A DNA stretch of 61,045 nucleotides, counting the filler, from Dugesia japonica (lineage: Eukaryota), in NCBI GenBank assembly GCA_001938525.1. It is 6 parts of 6 records of this genome, joined end to end, with 100 filler letters (N's around TTAATTAATTAA, not from the genome) between each part and the next. Parts side by side here need not be neighbours in the genome. Positions count along the whole stretch, not along the records: positions 19,790 to 32,428 come from MQRL01639170.1; positions 32,529 to 43,144 come from MQRL01614725.1; 4 more parts are not named here. One strand, written 5' to 3'. The translations under genes were made by a program, and so were the position numbers. Below, in pieces: positions 26,990 through 38,829 of the stretch. The notes under the pieces were generated by a model, which was given only the letters and a program-made list of their open reading frames with translations, was not told the DNA's origin and ran no database searches. Position 1 is the stretch's first letter, and every line of letters starts with the position of its first letter.

Positions 26990-27860
26990 ATATTTTTATG
27001 ATTGTATAATGTTAATGAGTGTATTATTTATATAGCTAACTTGTATTGTTTACAAAGGGTTAATGAGTATATAGGGATTATGGGTGTATAGAGTTTTTGA
27101 TTGTGAAACATTTACATATATATATTGAAATAAGTGTATAAATACCTTATATATCTATATAAAAGACTTTTAAGTAAATATCTTTTATAAATCTATAGGG
27201 TTTTTTAGTGTAAAGAGTTTATAAGTGTATAGAGTTTATGAGTGTATTATTTTCATAGGGTTAATGAATCTATATGGTTTATGAGTGTATAGGGTTTACG
27301 ATCGTATATGGTTAATGAGTGTATAAGGTATATGAGTGTATAGGGGTTTAAAAGTGTGGAACATTTTCTTATATATATATATATATATAACTTAAAATTA
27401 TTGTATAAATACCTTAGAAGCTTATATAAAAAATTAAAAGTAAATATTTTTATGTCTGTATAGGGTTTATGAGTGTATTATTTGCATAGGTGTCTTGTAT
27501 TATTTACATAGCAACCTTGTATTATACTTTTTATTAGTGTATCTTTTACATAGTAACCCTTTATTATATTGTTAATGACTATATAAAGTTTATGAGTATA
27601 TAGGGTTTATGAGTGTATTATTCACATAGTTATCTTGTATTAAATGTTTTCTGAGTATATTATTTACATAGCAACCGAGTAATATAGGGTTTATGAATGT
27701 ATCAGTTACCTTGTATTATTTCCCTAGCAACCGTGTTTTATAGGAATTATGAGTGTATTATTTACATAGTAACCATGTATAATAGGGTTTATTAGTATAT
27801 TATTTACATATTAACCTTGTAATATAGGGTTTATTTACATGATAACCATGTAATATGAGA
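26990..27860. repeat. degenerate minisatellite (TATAGGGTTTATGAGTG and TATTATTTACATAGTAACC units)
   Basis: Direct inspection; the flank is homologous to 7100-7600. Confidence 0.8.
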
Positions 27861-28030
27861 TAGTAATGTAAATTCATGCTCTATTCATGTTCATGACATG
27901 TTCAAAATTTAATAAATAATATGAAATAATTATAACAAATTTAATAAATAGAGTACTTTTGTTTTTTTAATATTATTTATAAAATAAACAAGATTTTTGT
28001 TTGTCAATAAAACATTATTTTTTTATTCTA

Positions 28031-29286
28031 TTAGGTTGATGGAATATAAATGCAGGTTTTTAATTATTTGTATTTTGCTCAAGTTTAGATCAATAAATTA
28101 ATAAGTTTAAATCAATAAGTTATTTATCATTTGTAATCTTATCTTATGCTCTTTCTAAATATTTATTTAAAATTTATAGTAATTTTGTTTTCTGTCTATA
28201 ATTTGGTTTTTATTCATATTTGTTGAAACGCGATTTCTACAATATTTTCTTCTATGAGTTGAAGCTAGGACGTAATGCCGCTCAAACCACTCAAAACATC
28301 CACGAAGATTTTGGGCGAGTCAAGTATCAAGAAATGTACGGTGCAACGTTGGTATCAGAAGTTTCGTTCTAACAATACCAGCCTCGATGATGAGCCTCAT
28401 GCCAGACATCCATCAGCCATTGATGATGAGAAATTGAAGCAGTTAATCAAAGCTGATTGTCGGAAAACTACATAAAAAGTTGCTGAAGAGGTCTGTACGT
28501 TTACCAATCAACCGTGGTTTGTCATTTAAAGGAAATTGAAAAAACAAAAAAGCTCGATAAGTGGATGACACACGCATTGACCAAACAGCACAAAATCGTC
28601 GTTTTGAAGTTGCATCTTCGCTCGTTTTGCTCAACAAAACCATCCTTTTCTGGAACAATTTATAACGTGCGAAAAAAAGTGGATTCTCTACGACAACTGG
28701 CGACGTTTGGCGCAGTGGTTGAACCGCGATCAACAACCACAACACTTTCCAAAGTCAGAATTTCACCAAAAAAGGGCTATGGGGATTGTTTGGTGGTCTG
28801 CAGCCAGTTTTATTCATCACAGCTTCCTGAATCCGAGCAAAATGATTACAGCCAAAAAATAATGTCAACAAATTGACGAACAGCACCAGAAACTTTAACA
28901 TATGTGTCCAGGATTGAACAATTTTTCTCCATGACAACGCTCTGCCGCACGTCACAGAAGTTGCACGAATTAGACTACGAGACTCTGCCTCATCCTCCAT
29001 ATTTTTCGGACATCTCGCCCCCTGATGTTCACTTTTTCAAGCATCTGGACAACTTTCTCCAAGAAAAAGGTTTCAAAAACCAAGACGATGCTAAAAACGT
29101 CTTTGCCAACGTCATCACCATCAGAACTTTAGATTTCTATACCGGTATAAATAAACTTGTTTCACGTTGGCAAAAATGCGTTGATTCTAGTGGTTTTTAT
29201 TTCGATTAATAAACTTGTTTATAAGCTGAGGTGTACTAATTTAAAGTTGAGATTTAAAAACCTGCATTTGTATTTCATCAACCCAA
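28031..29286 (+). mobile_element. mariner (DD34D) transposon, ~1.26 kb, frameshifted
   Basis: TIRs TTAGGTTGATGGAATATAAATGCAGGTTTTT / AAAAACCTGCATTTGTATTTCATCAACCCAA with TA TSD. Motifs TVQRWYQKFR..LDDEPHARHP, KKLDKW, HPPYFSDISPPDVHFF and RWQKCVDSSGFYFD. Confidence 0.95.
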
Positions 29287-29789
29287 TAGAAATACATTCA
29301 AATAAATATTTCATTTTTAAAGTTTCTTTTTTTTAAATAATTCACAAGTGTGGAAATTTTCGTTATTTTACAACCTTATTGCATACCTATTGCATTTATT
29401 AAAATTACCAGGCACGTGTTGCTGTGTTGCATGTCTATCTATCCCTATTGCATACATATTGCATTCATTTATAAAAAAATTATTACTGTACTACTTAAAA
29501 ACTTTAATAATTTACTATATATAAAAAACAAAATAAATAAAAGAAAACTATTATCAAGTAAAACCTTTATTGTTAATATATTTTTACATAGGTTTTCAAA
29601 TTTTTCAGCCATTCTCAAAATATTTTCTCTTAAAATTTCATAATGGGTCTTGTTTACATTTACCGTGAAATTAAATTGCAGTTCCTGCACGAAGTCGTTC
29701 ATAATTAAATCCATGTCAATCCCTGTTGTTCGCAAGGTAAGAGTAAAATATTACTCTCTGATCATTAGCATACATCTATTTAGAAATCC

Positions 29790-30722
29790 ACGAAAAAAGC
29801 TATAGTTAACTCATTACGCTAATGGAAAGTATGTTTTACACTAGAAACTGCTACTAACGTACATAATATTAGGAGTTGAAGTTAAAGTTGTTCATAGAGC
29901 GGTAGAATTTAATCAAGCTCATATATTCGAACATTACATTGCAATAAACACTTTGTAAGAGCAGAATGTAATACTGATCTTGAGAAAAATTACAATAAAC
30001 AACAGTTTGTATGGGAAATCGATCGAAAGTTTAAAGAAAAGGATAGATTTATGATTATTTATTACTAATAAAAAGCTAGTAACATGCTTATAAACCCAGC
30101 TTCCGGAAATCATTCAAGATTATTGAAAACCTGATAGCAACTTGAATGAATAAAGAGTAATTATGATTAGTTTTTCCAAGATACATTGGTCCATCTGTAC
30201 TTGACTTGAGCAAATTACGAATCTACTAGCTACCGTATATCAAGTTCGAGAAATACAGAATAGAAAAAAAATGTAGTATTACTATTGTAGCTGGAGATAC
30301 TGACAGCTTTTATTTTTCTAGAGTTGGTGGATATAAGTCTGGGAAAACTGACTGGATTGATGAAGAAAGACGAAGAATTAGATACTTTTAACTATAGTAA
30401 TACATTCAATTCAATCATTGGTAAGTGTCAAGATGAAACTAAGAGAAAGAAGTATTCAGAATGAATATTCTTACGTCCAAAATGTTACAGGTTGCTTTCT
30501 GAGAAAAAAACAATGAAAACAAAAGACGTTACATTGAAAAATAGCATCATCAGCCATCAAACATATGTTGATTGCTATAATAATGATGAAAAGATCTCAG
30601 CTGAACAATTTCGAATTGTTTCTAAGAATCATCAACTGTTTAGCTTAAAATCTCAAAAAATAGCATTAAGTAACAGCGATGATAAAAGATATTGGTCAGG
30701 AAAAAAGAATAAATATATATAA
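29790..30722 (+). pseudogene. Polinton protein-primed DNA polymerase B, C-terminal part
   Basis: Fragments VHRAVEFNQ, EKNYNK..SLYGKSIE, YIGPSVLDLSK, AGDTDSF, GKCQDE, LRPKCY and KIALSNSDDKRY. Confidence 0.9.
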
Positions 30723-30989
30723 ACATTAACACTATATATAAACACTATTGCATCAAATAATACATTTTTCATTAAAAAAGAGTATCATTTCAAAGAAATA
30801 ATTTGATTATCATTTCGTAATTTCTGCATTTTTTTTTCTTCAACTTATTCATAATTTAGTACATTTTTTATATTACACAAGATTCTTCCATAATGTTTAT
30901 TTATTAAAATTCAAATAATAATTACAAAAACTGATAATATTTAAACAAAGTTTATATAACAGCTTATAACTGATATATAAACACACTCT

Positions 30990-31970
30990 CTTCTAATTCT
31001 AAGTTTCAATCTTCTTCAGCCATTCTAATCTTATGGATTTGAGTTTCCCTGCAAAGTTTATAAGCACTTGGTGTGGGCTTATGAATTTAATTATTTTACA
31101 TGAACCTTCATATCTTAAATAGTTTTTATTCAGATTGTGTGGATCCACCTTTACCAATACTTCTTTCCCTTCATTAAATTGTTTATATGTACGTCTGCCG
31201 AATTCATATTTGCTTAACTTTTTAGCCGCTTCATGCAAGTTTTCATCTGCTACTTCCTTCATTTCTTTATGATCTGAACTTTCTTGTTTTAGTAACCTAT
31301 GTAAAACTATCCTTCTTCCAAAGATAATTTCGAAAGGAGATAATCCAGATGATTTCTGTTGAGTCGCATTCATAGCAAATTTTATTCTTGGTAGTAATTT
31401 GTCCCAGCTTGCTTCCGAGCATCCATATTTTATCGTTGTTANNNNNNNNNNNNNNNNNNNNNNNNNNNNNNNNNNNNNNNNNNNNNNNNNNNNNNNNNNN
31501 NNTGGCGATGCGAACTCTTGTTTTATCTCAAATTTATCTGCAAGTGATTGCATTAATTTTCCTTCAAATATCTTTCTTCTATCAGTTAAAAATGACTTTG
31601 GTTTCCCAAAACAATATATACATTGCTCTTTTATTGCATCAACCACTGACGTTTTATCCTGTTTATTCAATTCTACAAAAGAAACTAACTAACTAAATCT
31701 GTCAACAAGGACGAAAACATATTCTTTCTTAGTTTGTGCTTCAGGAAAATGAGCAATATCCATGATAACTCGGTTCTTGGGACCAGACACTCTTTTGTTC
31801 TGCCAGTTTATGTCTTTATCATATTGCATATCATACATTTTTCTAATTTATGTTCTACAATATGTTTCATATTTGGCCAAATATAACTTACATTAAAATA
31901 TTCTGTCAGTTTTTGTCCTCCTACGTGACATAATTCCTCGTGAATGAAATCAATAAGTTCGGGTATCGAT
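30990..31970 (-). pseudogene. pol: Ty3/Gypsy integrase with following polypurine tract
   Basis: IHEELCHVG..YIWPNM..CMIC is the HHCC finger; FGKPKSFLTD..FAMNATQQKSSGLSPFEIIFGR is the core and downstream region. The purine run agaagagag follows the stop. Confidence 0.9.
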
Positions 31971-32428
31971 AGTAGATAGATATGAGCCAGGGCCCCTCGA
32001 GGGGGGGACCCCCACCCCCCGATTTTTTGCCCGCCTACTTTTTGGACTACGCCCCTTTTTGGACTCCGCACCCTTTTTATCTTTTGGACTCCGCCCCTTT
32101 TTATCTTTTTCTCCGCCCACTTTTTTGGACCCCCCTTTTTATCCTTTTCTCCACCCACTTTTTTGGCCACGCCCACTTTTTTATCTTTTTCTCCGCCCAC
32201 TTTTTTGGCCACGCCACTTTTTATCTTTTCTCCGCCCACTTTTTTTGGCCACGCCCACTTTTTTATCTTTTTCTCCGCCCACCTTTTTGGACACGCCCAC
32301 TTTTTTGGCCACGCCCACTTTTTTATCTTTTTCTCCGCCCACTTTTATTGGCCACGCCCACTTTTTTGGCCACGCCCACTTTTTGATGACTCATATTTTT
32401 TTCAAAAAATTTTCTATGTCAGAACAAA
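31971..32428 (+). mobile_element. probable Polinton terminal segment (AGTAGATA start, GC-box tandem repeats) inserted into the Gypsy integrase
   Basis: The integrase frame breaks abruptly at AGTAGATAGAT, followed by a hairpin cccctcgagggg and tandem ttttttggccacgcccac / tatcttttctccgcccac units. The family assignment is inferred from the AG terminus. Confidence 0.5.
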
Positions 32429-32528
32429 NNNNNNNNNNNNNNNNNNNNNNNNNNNNNNNNNNNNNNNNNNNNTTAATTAATTAANNNNNNNNNNNNNNNN
32501 NNNNNNNNNNNNNNNNNNNNNNNNNNNN

Positions 32529-33345
32529 TGCTGGTCGTATGATTTCGGACCTGATCTTATCGTTTCCTTGAAATTATCTATCCTATCCTTTAGATTACCC
32601 TCCTTTGGGGCTTGATCGATAGGTGCTATAGCTCGTTGTCCTTGGTATTCATTGAACATTGCTTCTTTTAGGTGAGGTAACTAACAGTCCTGGTGATCTA
32701 CTTTGTGTGTCAATGTTGATGTACCTGTATTACATGATCCATCTGCTGCTTTGCAGTATGACCTTCCTTTCATTGTTAGATCCTGGGCATCAAAAAATGC
32801 TTCATATTCTTTGAGTTCTACTGTATAAGTTTCGATTGCCACTGCATACGTCCATACCTTTCCTCGTATAGTGTATGTACCATATTCACAGTTACCTTTG
32901 TGTGAGGATATGCTTCCTGCTGCTTATATCGGTTGATCAATTACATGCTCTTTCTTGGCAATAACTTGAGTCCCATGTTTGATGGTAATTTTACCTGTCG
33001 TAAATCCTTCGTCCCATTGTTGTCCTGTTAGATGTACAGTCTGTCTCACTGTTCCTGGATCAATTATCGAAGTATAACTGTGATAACCACAATGAAATAT
33101 AAACGTCTTTACTGTTACTGTACATTCGCGTACTTGGACCTTATAATAATCGGACTCCTGGTACAAGTGGTAAATAGAATTATTATGGAGTGAGATTTTC
33201 TCCGGGTTTGCGTCTGGACATTCTTCTGTATCCACTAATGAGAATACTTCCTTCCCAACTTGCAATTCATCGCAATTGTATGCTAATAGGGCTTCACTTC
33301 TGCCCATCATTAAGAATAACAAGAGTATTGTAGTGGTTAACGCTT
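32529..33345 (-). pseudogene. env: envelope glycoprotein, chuvirus-G-like, N-terminal part with signal peptide; two in-frame stops; truncated by gap
   Basis: ALTTTILLLFLMMGRSEA|LLAYNC..FSLVDTEEC..LYQ..VQVRECTV..FHCGYHSYTS; past the stop it continues in frame as AAGSI..GNCEYGTY..W..AVAIE..YCKAADGSC. The cysteine and motif spacing match chuviral glycoproteins. Confidence 0.8.
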
Positions 33346-33449
33346 GCCATGAATTTCGGCGAGGCCCACGTGTCCAGCCATTCTCAATCTCATTTAACTG
33401 ATCCCGAACAATCCTAGTTGCATTTTCATGAGATGGCTGAGGCTTAGGG

Positions 33450-33850
33450 CATATGGCCTCAATAAACTTTTTCCATCCCCCATGCTGCTTTATCAACGGC
33501 ATTATCTTGTTCTGCATGAGCTCCACTATTGGTAGTTTACTGAGAATGAAGTTTTTTGACGGTTTGCTTCTAGCGATTGATAGGTGTTTTTGATTAATTA
33601 GATGCGCTATAGATACTACTATCCTTCCCTTTGTAGTCTGATCTTGTAATAACTCATCTATTACTCCTTCTAAATAGTCTCTTGTGCCATGACTAGTACC
33701 TTTAGTGGCGGGAAATTTCTTAATGGCTGCTTCTATTTCTTTTACCAGTGGTTTGAGACTATCAGATAGTTGAAATTTCCCAATCCATATCTTTAATTCT
33801 GGATAAAGCATTAGCAATAGTTGCGGTATTACTACTTCAGTTGGCATGTC
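33450..33850 (-). CDS. Bcl-2-like domain within the polyprotein ORF 32924-34801
   Basis: BH1-like YLEGVIDELLQDQTTKGRIVV, BH2-like NKIMPLIKQHGGWKKFIE, and an upstream amphipathic BH3-position helix LSDSLKPLVKEIE, in the correct order and spacing. Confidence 0.72.
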
Positions 33851-34569
33851 ATCATATATCTTTTTGATATCTTTTTGCGATATCGTTGCTAATCGCTTAG
33901 TTTGGTGAGTTATTGATGTTGTTAATCGTTTTTGTTTCAATGCTTCCTCCTCCCCCGGATTTCCTGGGTGTTTCGTTCTTGGTCTGCTTCTATTGCGAGG
34001 TTCAATAATAGTTTCTGCATCTACTCGGGTGCGCACTGGTTTTGGTGGCGCTTCTTCCTCTTCTGTTTCAATTGGATTTTCCATTTCTAGGGGGTGGTTT
34101 GTATCCATTAAATCATCCATTACCGAGGATGGCAATTCCTTTGCTATCCTACTTAATATTGGTGATAATGGTTGTTCCTCTAATACATCTTCCTCGTCTA
34201 GGTCTACCTTGCTAGGATCATATTTCTTGCTTCTAGTTGGCTCTTTGACTTTCATTTCCTCACTTTTTCTAGTTGGAGGTGAGTATCTTGTGATCTGCAA
34301 TTCATTCTCATCTTCTGTTAACTCGTCTGCTGATGGAGATCCGAATATTTCACGTTCCCAATCTTTGTTTGTTTTAGGAGTTTCCTTTGTTTCTCGAGAC
34401 GCTTCTGTACTTCCGGATTGATCTGTTGTAGGTCTTAATATTTGACTAGCCGCTAATTGTGTACGGAGTTTATATGCTTTTAACATACCTGAGGTCTCTC
34501 CCATTATTGATCTTGTTTTGTCTGCTGCCTTATAAGGGTCTGCGTCTTTTCGAGTGAGAGTACATCCTA

Positions 34570-35045
34570 ATTCTGGAAAAATCCACAACGTATTAGGTTT
34601 AACTAAATCTATTTTCATTAGTCCAATCGGGGTGGTATCTTCCACTATTCCATCTTCATCCAAGAGTTTGTGTGGTGGCTTAAATGGTAACTTGTCTCGT
34701 AGGTGCTTTACCATATTGTATACTGGTATCTTTATCGTGATTTTATCTCCCTCTGGATCAATTGTTCGGAATTTGACTTTTAATGGAGTGGTCTGTCCCA
34801 TCTCTGCTTTCTGGCAACCTCATTTGGTCTAGTTCTATTACTTGGTTATAATAGAGTACTATGTCGTCTTCCTGCAATAATGTTTGCATTCCGGTTTCCC
34901 CCTCGTCAAGGCTACGCTGTTGATTCATAAATTTTATAATCCTTTTCCGCAACTTAGCCCATGGTTCATTCATTTGGACCTGCCAACGAATTTCACTTTC
35001 ATCTGAAAATTTGATTATTACGGCCACGGCTTCATTAGTTATCAT
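34570..35045 (-). pseudogene. two tandem SUMO/ubiquitin-like domains (frameshift near 34820)
   Basis: VIIKFSDESEIRWQVQMNEPWAKLRKR..IVLYYNQ.IELDQ..CQKAEM is SUMO/Rad60-like. EGDKITIKIPVYNMVKHLRDKL..LLDEDGIVEDTTPI is Ub-like. Confidence 0.55.
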
Positions 35046-35055
35046 TCAAACTGCT

Positions 35056-38000
35056 TTAATTAATATTGCATCCATTACATCTCCTGGCATTCAGGACTAG
35101 TTGTATGGCTTTGTCATGTCTTAATAGTTCCAAGTTTTCTTCCAAGGTTAAGAGTATTTTCATTATTACTCTCGCCACACTTCCCCATGTTTTACTGTCT
35201 TCCCATAAGTCAATATTTATCTCCATTGTTCTATCGTCGACTTCTTCAAACAATTTCCCACTGTTAATTTCTTGTTCGTATAACCCCTCCAGTTGTTGTA
35301 GTACTTCTTTCATGGATTTTATCGGGCCTGGGGTGTAGTCTTCTGGTTTCTGTATTTGGAGAAATGTATTTTCACCTGGTCTTAATCCTATGTCCAGCAG
35401 ATGTTGTTTTCCTTCAAACTTTATGGGGAATCTCAGATGATCGCTTGTGATTATATAGCTTTTCTGCTGGTCGGCTATATCCAGGGTTTCTATAATTTTC
35501 TGCAATTCCCCAGCTGACGTACTGTTAAAATGTGGTATATGCATGACAGCCAATTCCGGTTTCTTCCTGGGTTTTTTGTTTGGTGTCAGATTTTCTATCG
35601 TGACCTGTAAATCCTCTCTCTTGGCACTTGTCTTCACTGCACCAATATACGGCTTGATCACTGACTCCCATTTGGCACGCTCTTCCTTTGTTATTTCAGT
35701 ATACTTTGCCAGATCCATTAGTAAATTTAATGCCCTCCAAAATGCTGCTCGAGGTATCCTTTCCTGGAAATAACAGAAATCAGAAATTATCTTCGATATC
35801 CGCTCTGTCTGAGGGTAACTGAAGGGGCCAACAAATTCTTGTTTAAATGGTAACAGTCGTGGTTGGACGATGTCCTCCGAGATTTCTTTCTCCTCCTCTT
35901 CTTCATCTGATATTGGGTCTGTGGCTTCATGGTTAATATCCCGAACCATGTTTATTTGGGCTTTGTTTTCTCCATATGTGTTTATGAGTCGCTCATTCTC
36001 TACTGGTAAAATTTCCTGAATATATAGGCTCATCATATTGAATATGAGTTGATCGGTATCCGGCATTTTTGGTATCGGAATGTCTATGGTCATTTTACGC
36101 GGTATTGGTTTGATTTCCGTGATCTCCCCTGGTTTGATATCATGTAGAAAGATTTGGTCCTCTTTCTCGGCTAGTATGATCATTGTTGCTCCTGCCTGCA
36201 TTTTATAGGACTTGAGCGATTTTGGCCATAACCATTTCTTGATCGATTTTATGATATGGTGGATAGTTAATCCTTCCAGAGTTATCATATCTACCTTTTT
36301 TATGCTTCCCTCTTTATTGAGGAGGCTGACTCTGATAGAATAGTTAGATATGGTGGATGTATTTTGTACTTCCTCTTCGTATAAAGTTTTCTCTTTCCAC
36401 CATTGTGCTCGAGCCCACAAGCTGAGCTGTCCATAGGTTGCCAAATCCCGTAGGTTATTCATCATTTTCCAATATACTTTGATATTTACTACCGGCCGAG
36501 TTTCTCGTGTTACTCTTAGTAGATCGTTGATAGCATGAAACGTGGCGGATTCTTCCGTTATTGGTTTCGTGTAGTTCATCCGAATATCACGTATTGTCGG
36601 TGTCCCTTCCGGAAATTCAACTGATTTTGTAGTAATTATTGGCAAGTTATCAATATTCTGTATTTTCCGATTTTCTTTTACTTGTTCCTTTATACCTGAC
36701 AATACCTCGGATACGTATAATTACGTTATTTCATCCATTCGTTCCTCAAGATCTGGTGATGGGTTGGTCCGTGGCTTCTCTTCTACATCTAACTCACATA
36801 TTTCTCCGGGCATGGCATTGGAATATGTGTTTGTCCTCGTCGTCGGTCTCAACTAATTTGCCATTTATGAACAGAGGTACCATGTTTAGCCCTTATTCTC
36901 GCCTCTTATCAGTAATGGCATCCATTAAATCCATCATGGTTATTCTTTGTGGTTTTAATCGGCTATATTTAGTCAGTTCCTGTTCATTTTTACCTAAATT
37001 CAAATATAATTTATAGTCCTGAATTTTGGAAGTTGCCAATATTTCTTCGGCATACTTTTTTCTAGTCATGAGCCATTGATTCTCAATTTCCTCCGGTATT
37101 TCCAGTCCATCATATATGTCGTAAATTCTATTCATTATCATCCAAAATGTCTCTCGGGGTAACTTCTTCTTCTCAATCTGTACTCGGTTAAACATTTCCT
37201 CCACCTTACGCATCGCTACTACCTTTCTTGCTGGCATTTGCCGCATCCTTATCATGTTGCATTTACCTTCTCTTCTCTCTAATCGTTGTTTGAGAAAATC
37301 TTTACGCGTCATCAATAACTGTTTCCTCTCCTCCTTTGTCAGCTTGTCTTTCCTCCCTAGTACTGTGGAAAGTATCTTTATTTTAATAGGTTCCACTTCC
37401 TGTTTATATAGATATTCCATTTCTCCCATGATTTCTAATGCCGATCTTCCGGTTTTCGTTATCCATATGTCATAGTTGATACCAGGGTGTTTGTCTAATA
37501 TTAAAATTTCAATTTCCTCTCCTGGTTTTACCCCAAAATCGTATAGATGTCTTTTTCTGGCATTAAAATCTACTATAGCACTTGGAGTACATACCTATTT
37601 ATCGGTTATACATGTATAGCCTGCTTGATTAAGCGCCGCTTCTAGATCTTTTACCATTAATTCGGTGAGTGTCAGTTTCATATTTCCTTCTGGGTTATAC
37701 AACCATAATTGGTAGTCTGATAATCCCATGTTGGATATTACCCAATCATAATGCACTGGTAACCATTCTGTCCAATCGCTTTCATAATCGGTGATCAGTT
37801 GTATAACTTCCAATAACTCAACCAATCGATTGGTAAACTTTAGGTATACATCTTTCTTTATCGTATCATGGAGTTTCTGGGCGGCTACCAGTATCTCATC
37901 AATTCGGACTAAGGATAGTCGTGATGCTTCATTTTGTTCCAATTCCGCATAGTCCATTAGTCTAACTTTCTCAAATCTTTTCCGTAGGTAGTTTTGAGCC

Positions 38001-38620
38001 TGGAGGGGAACTATTTCCTTTAAGAATGTTTCTTCGAGATTATGATATAACTCGTCCGTTTCTATTTCTTGAATTACTATTTGTGGTCGGAATACCAAAT
38101 ACCAATTTATCAATTTAATTATTGTAGTTTCATGAGGTCGTTCCCCGTAATAAATTAGATTCCTGTCATCTGAAAGAATATTGATTCCTATATTACCTCT
38201 TTGCAATCTGTGCCTATTCCACTTTCCATTCCATTGTTGCTGAACGTTAAACGGTGGTAATTCGAGAAACGGGTTTATAGTCATACCCTTGATACCATTT
38301 ACTTCCCTACATTTTATCTCGTTAATAGCCTCTTTCAAATGTCGTACCGTCATTCCTTTTAGTGGTAGCTTTAGTCGTTTTGGAATGACCTCCGGGTTGT
38401 TATGCCATACATATTGAATTTCGAATTCGTAATCTTCTAGCCTAGTTTCTTTATAAAGCTCGGCGATATAATCCGATATTGTTTTCTGCCAGTTAACTTT
38501 TACTTTTGCGTGTACCTGTGGGTGCTGGTATAATTGAAGTAACTGATTCATCACTCACCTTCTTCCGGTGGTTGTCGTTGATGTTTATATCGTTTTATAG
38601 ATGATTTCATTTGCTCACTC
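35056..38620 (-). pseudogene. tandem array of five diverged ~230-aa helical plus ubiquitin-like repeats (one polyprotein broken by a few stops/frameshifts)
   Basis: Recurring motifs: F/YWxxMNxL..W helix; TVRHLKEAI / MVKDLEAAL / TMMDLMDAI / TIHHIIKSI / SAGELQKII; NLIYYGERPHE / HLYDFGVKPGE / HIFQC.MPGE / QIFLHDIKPGE / HLLDIGLRPGE; then LYxQEI. ORFs 37595-38554 and 36893-37429 are in the same frame across a single TAG. Confidence 0.7.
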
Positions 38621-38829
38621 GAATTCTGGTGACGTAATCAGTAATCGTTTTCGAGTATCTTCCATTTCGGTAACCTCCGTTGTTTCATCATGTTGGTTAT
38701 AAATTTGTCTATGTGTTCNNNNNNNNNNNNNNNNNNNNNNNNNNNNNNNNNNNNNNNNNNNNNNNNNNNNNNNNNNNNNNNNNNNNNNNNNNNNNNNNNN
38801 NNNNNNNNNNNNNNNNNNNNNNNNNNNGT

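Noticed and set aside
26990-27860. Interstitial telomere (TAGGGTT)
   Set aside because: The motif is embedded in longer ~17-bp satellite units and is not tandem TTAGGG.
30990-31970. Integrase as the missing pol of the giant element
   Set aside because: It is separated by a scaffold linker and another insertion, and its PPT is not followed by the TGTTGGGGT LTR start.
31982-32484. Several overlapping ORFs rich in F, P, G and K
   Set aside because: They are translations of a stop-poor tandem repeat, not genes; only the last ~50 aa of 31808-32239 are real integrase.
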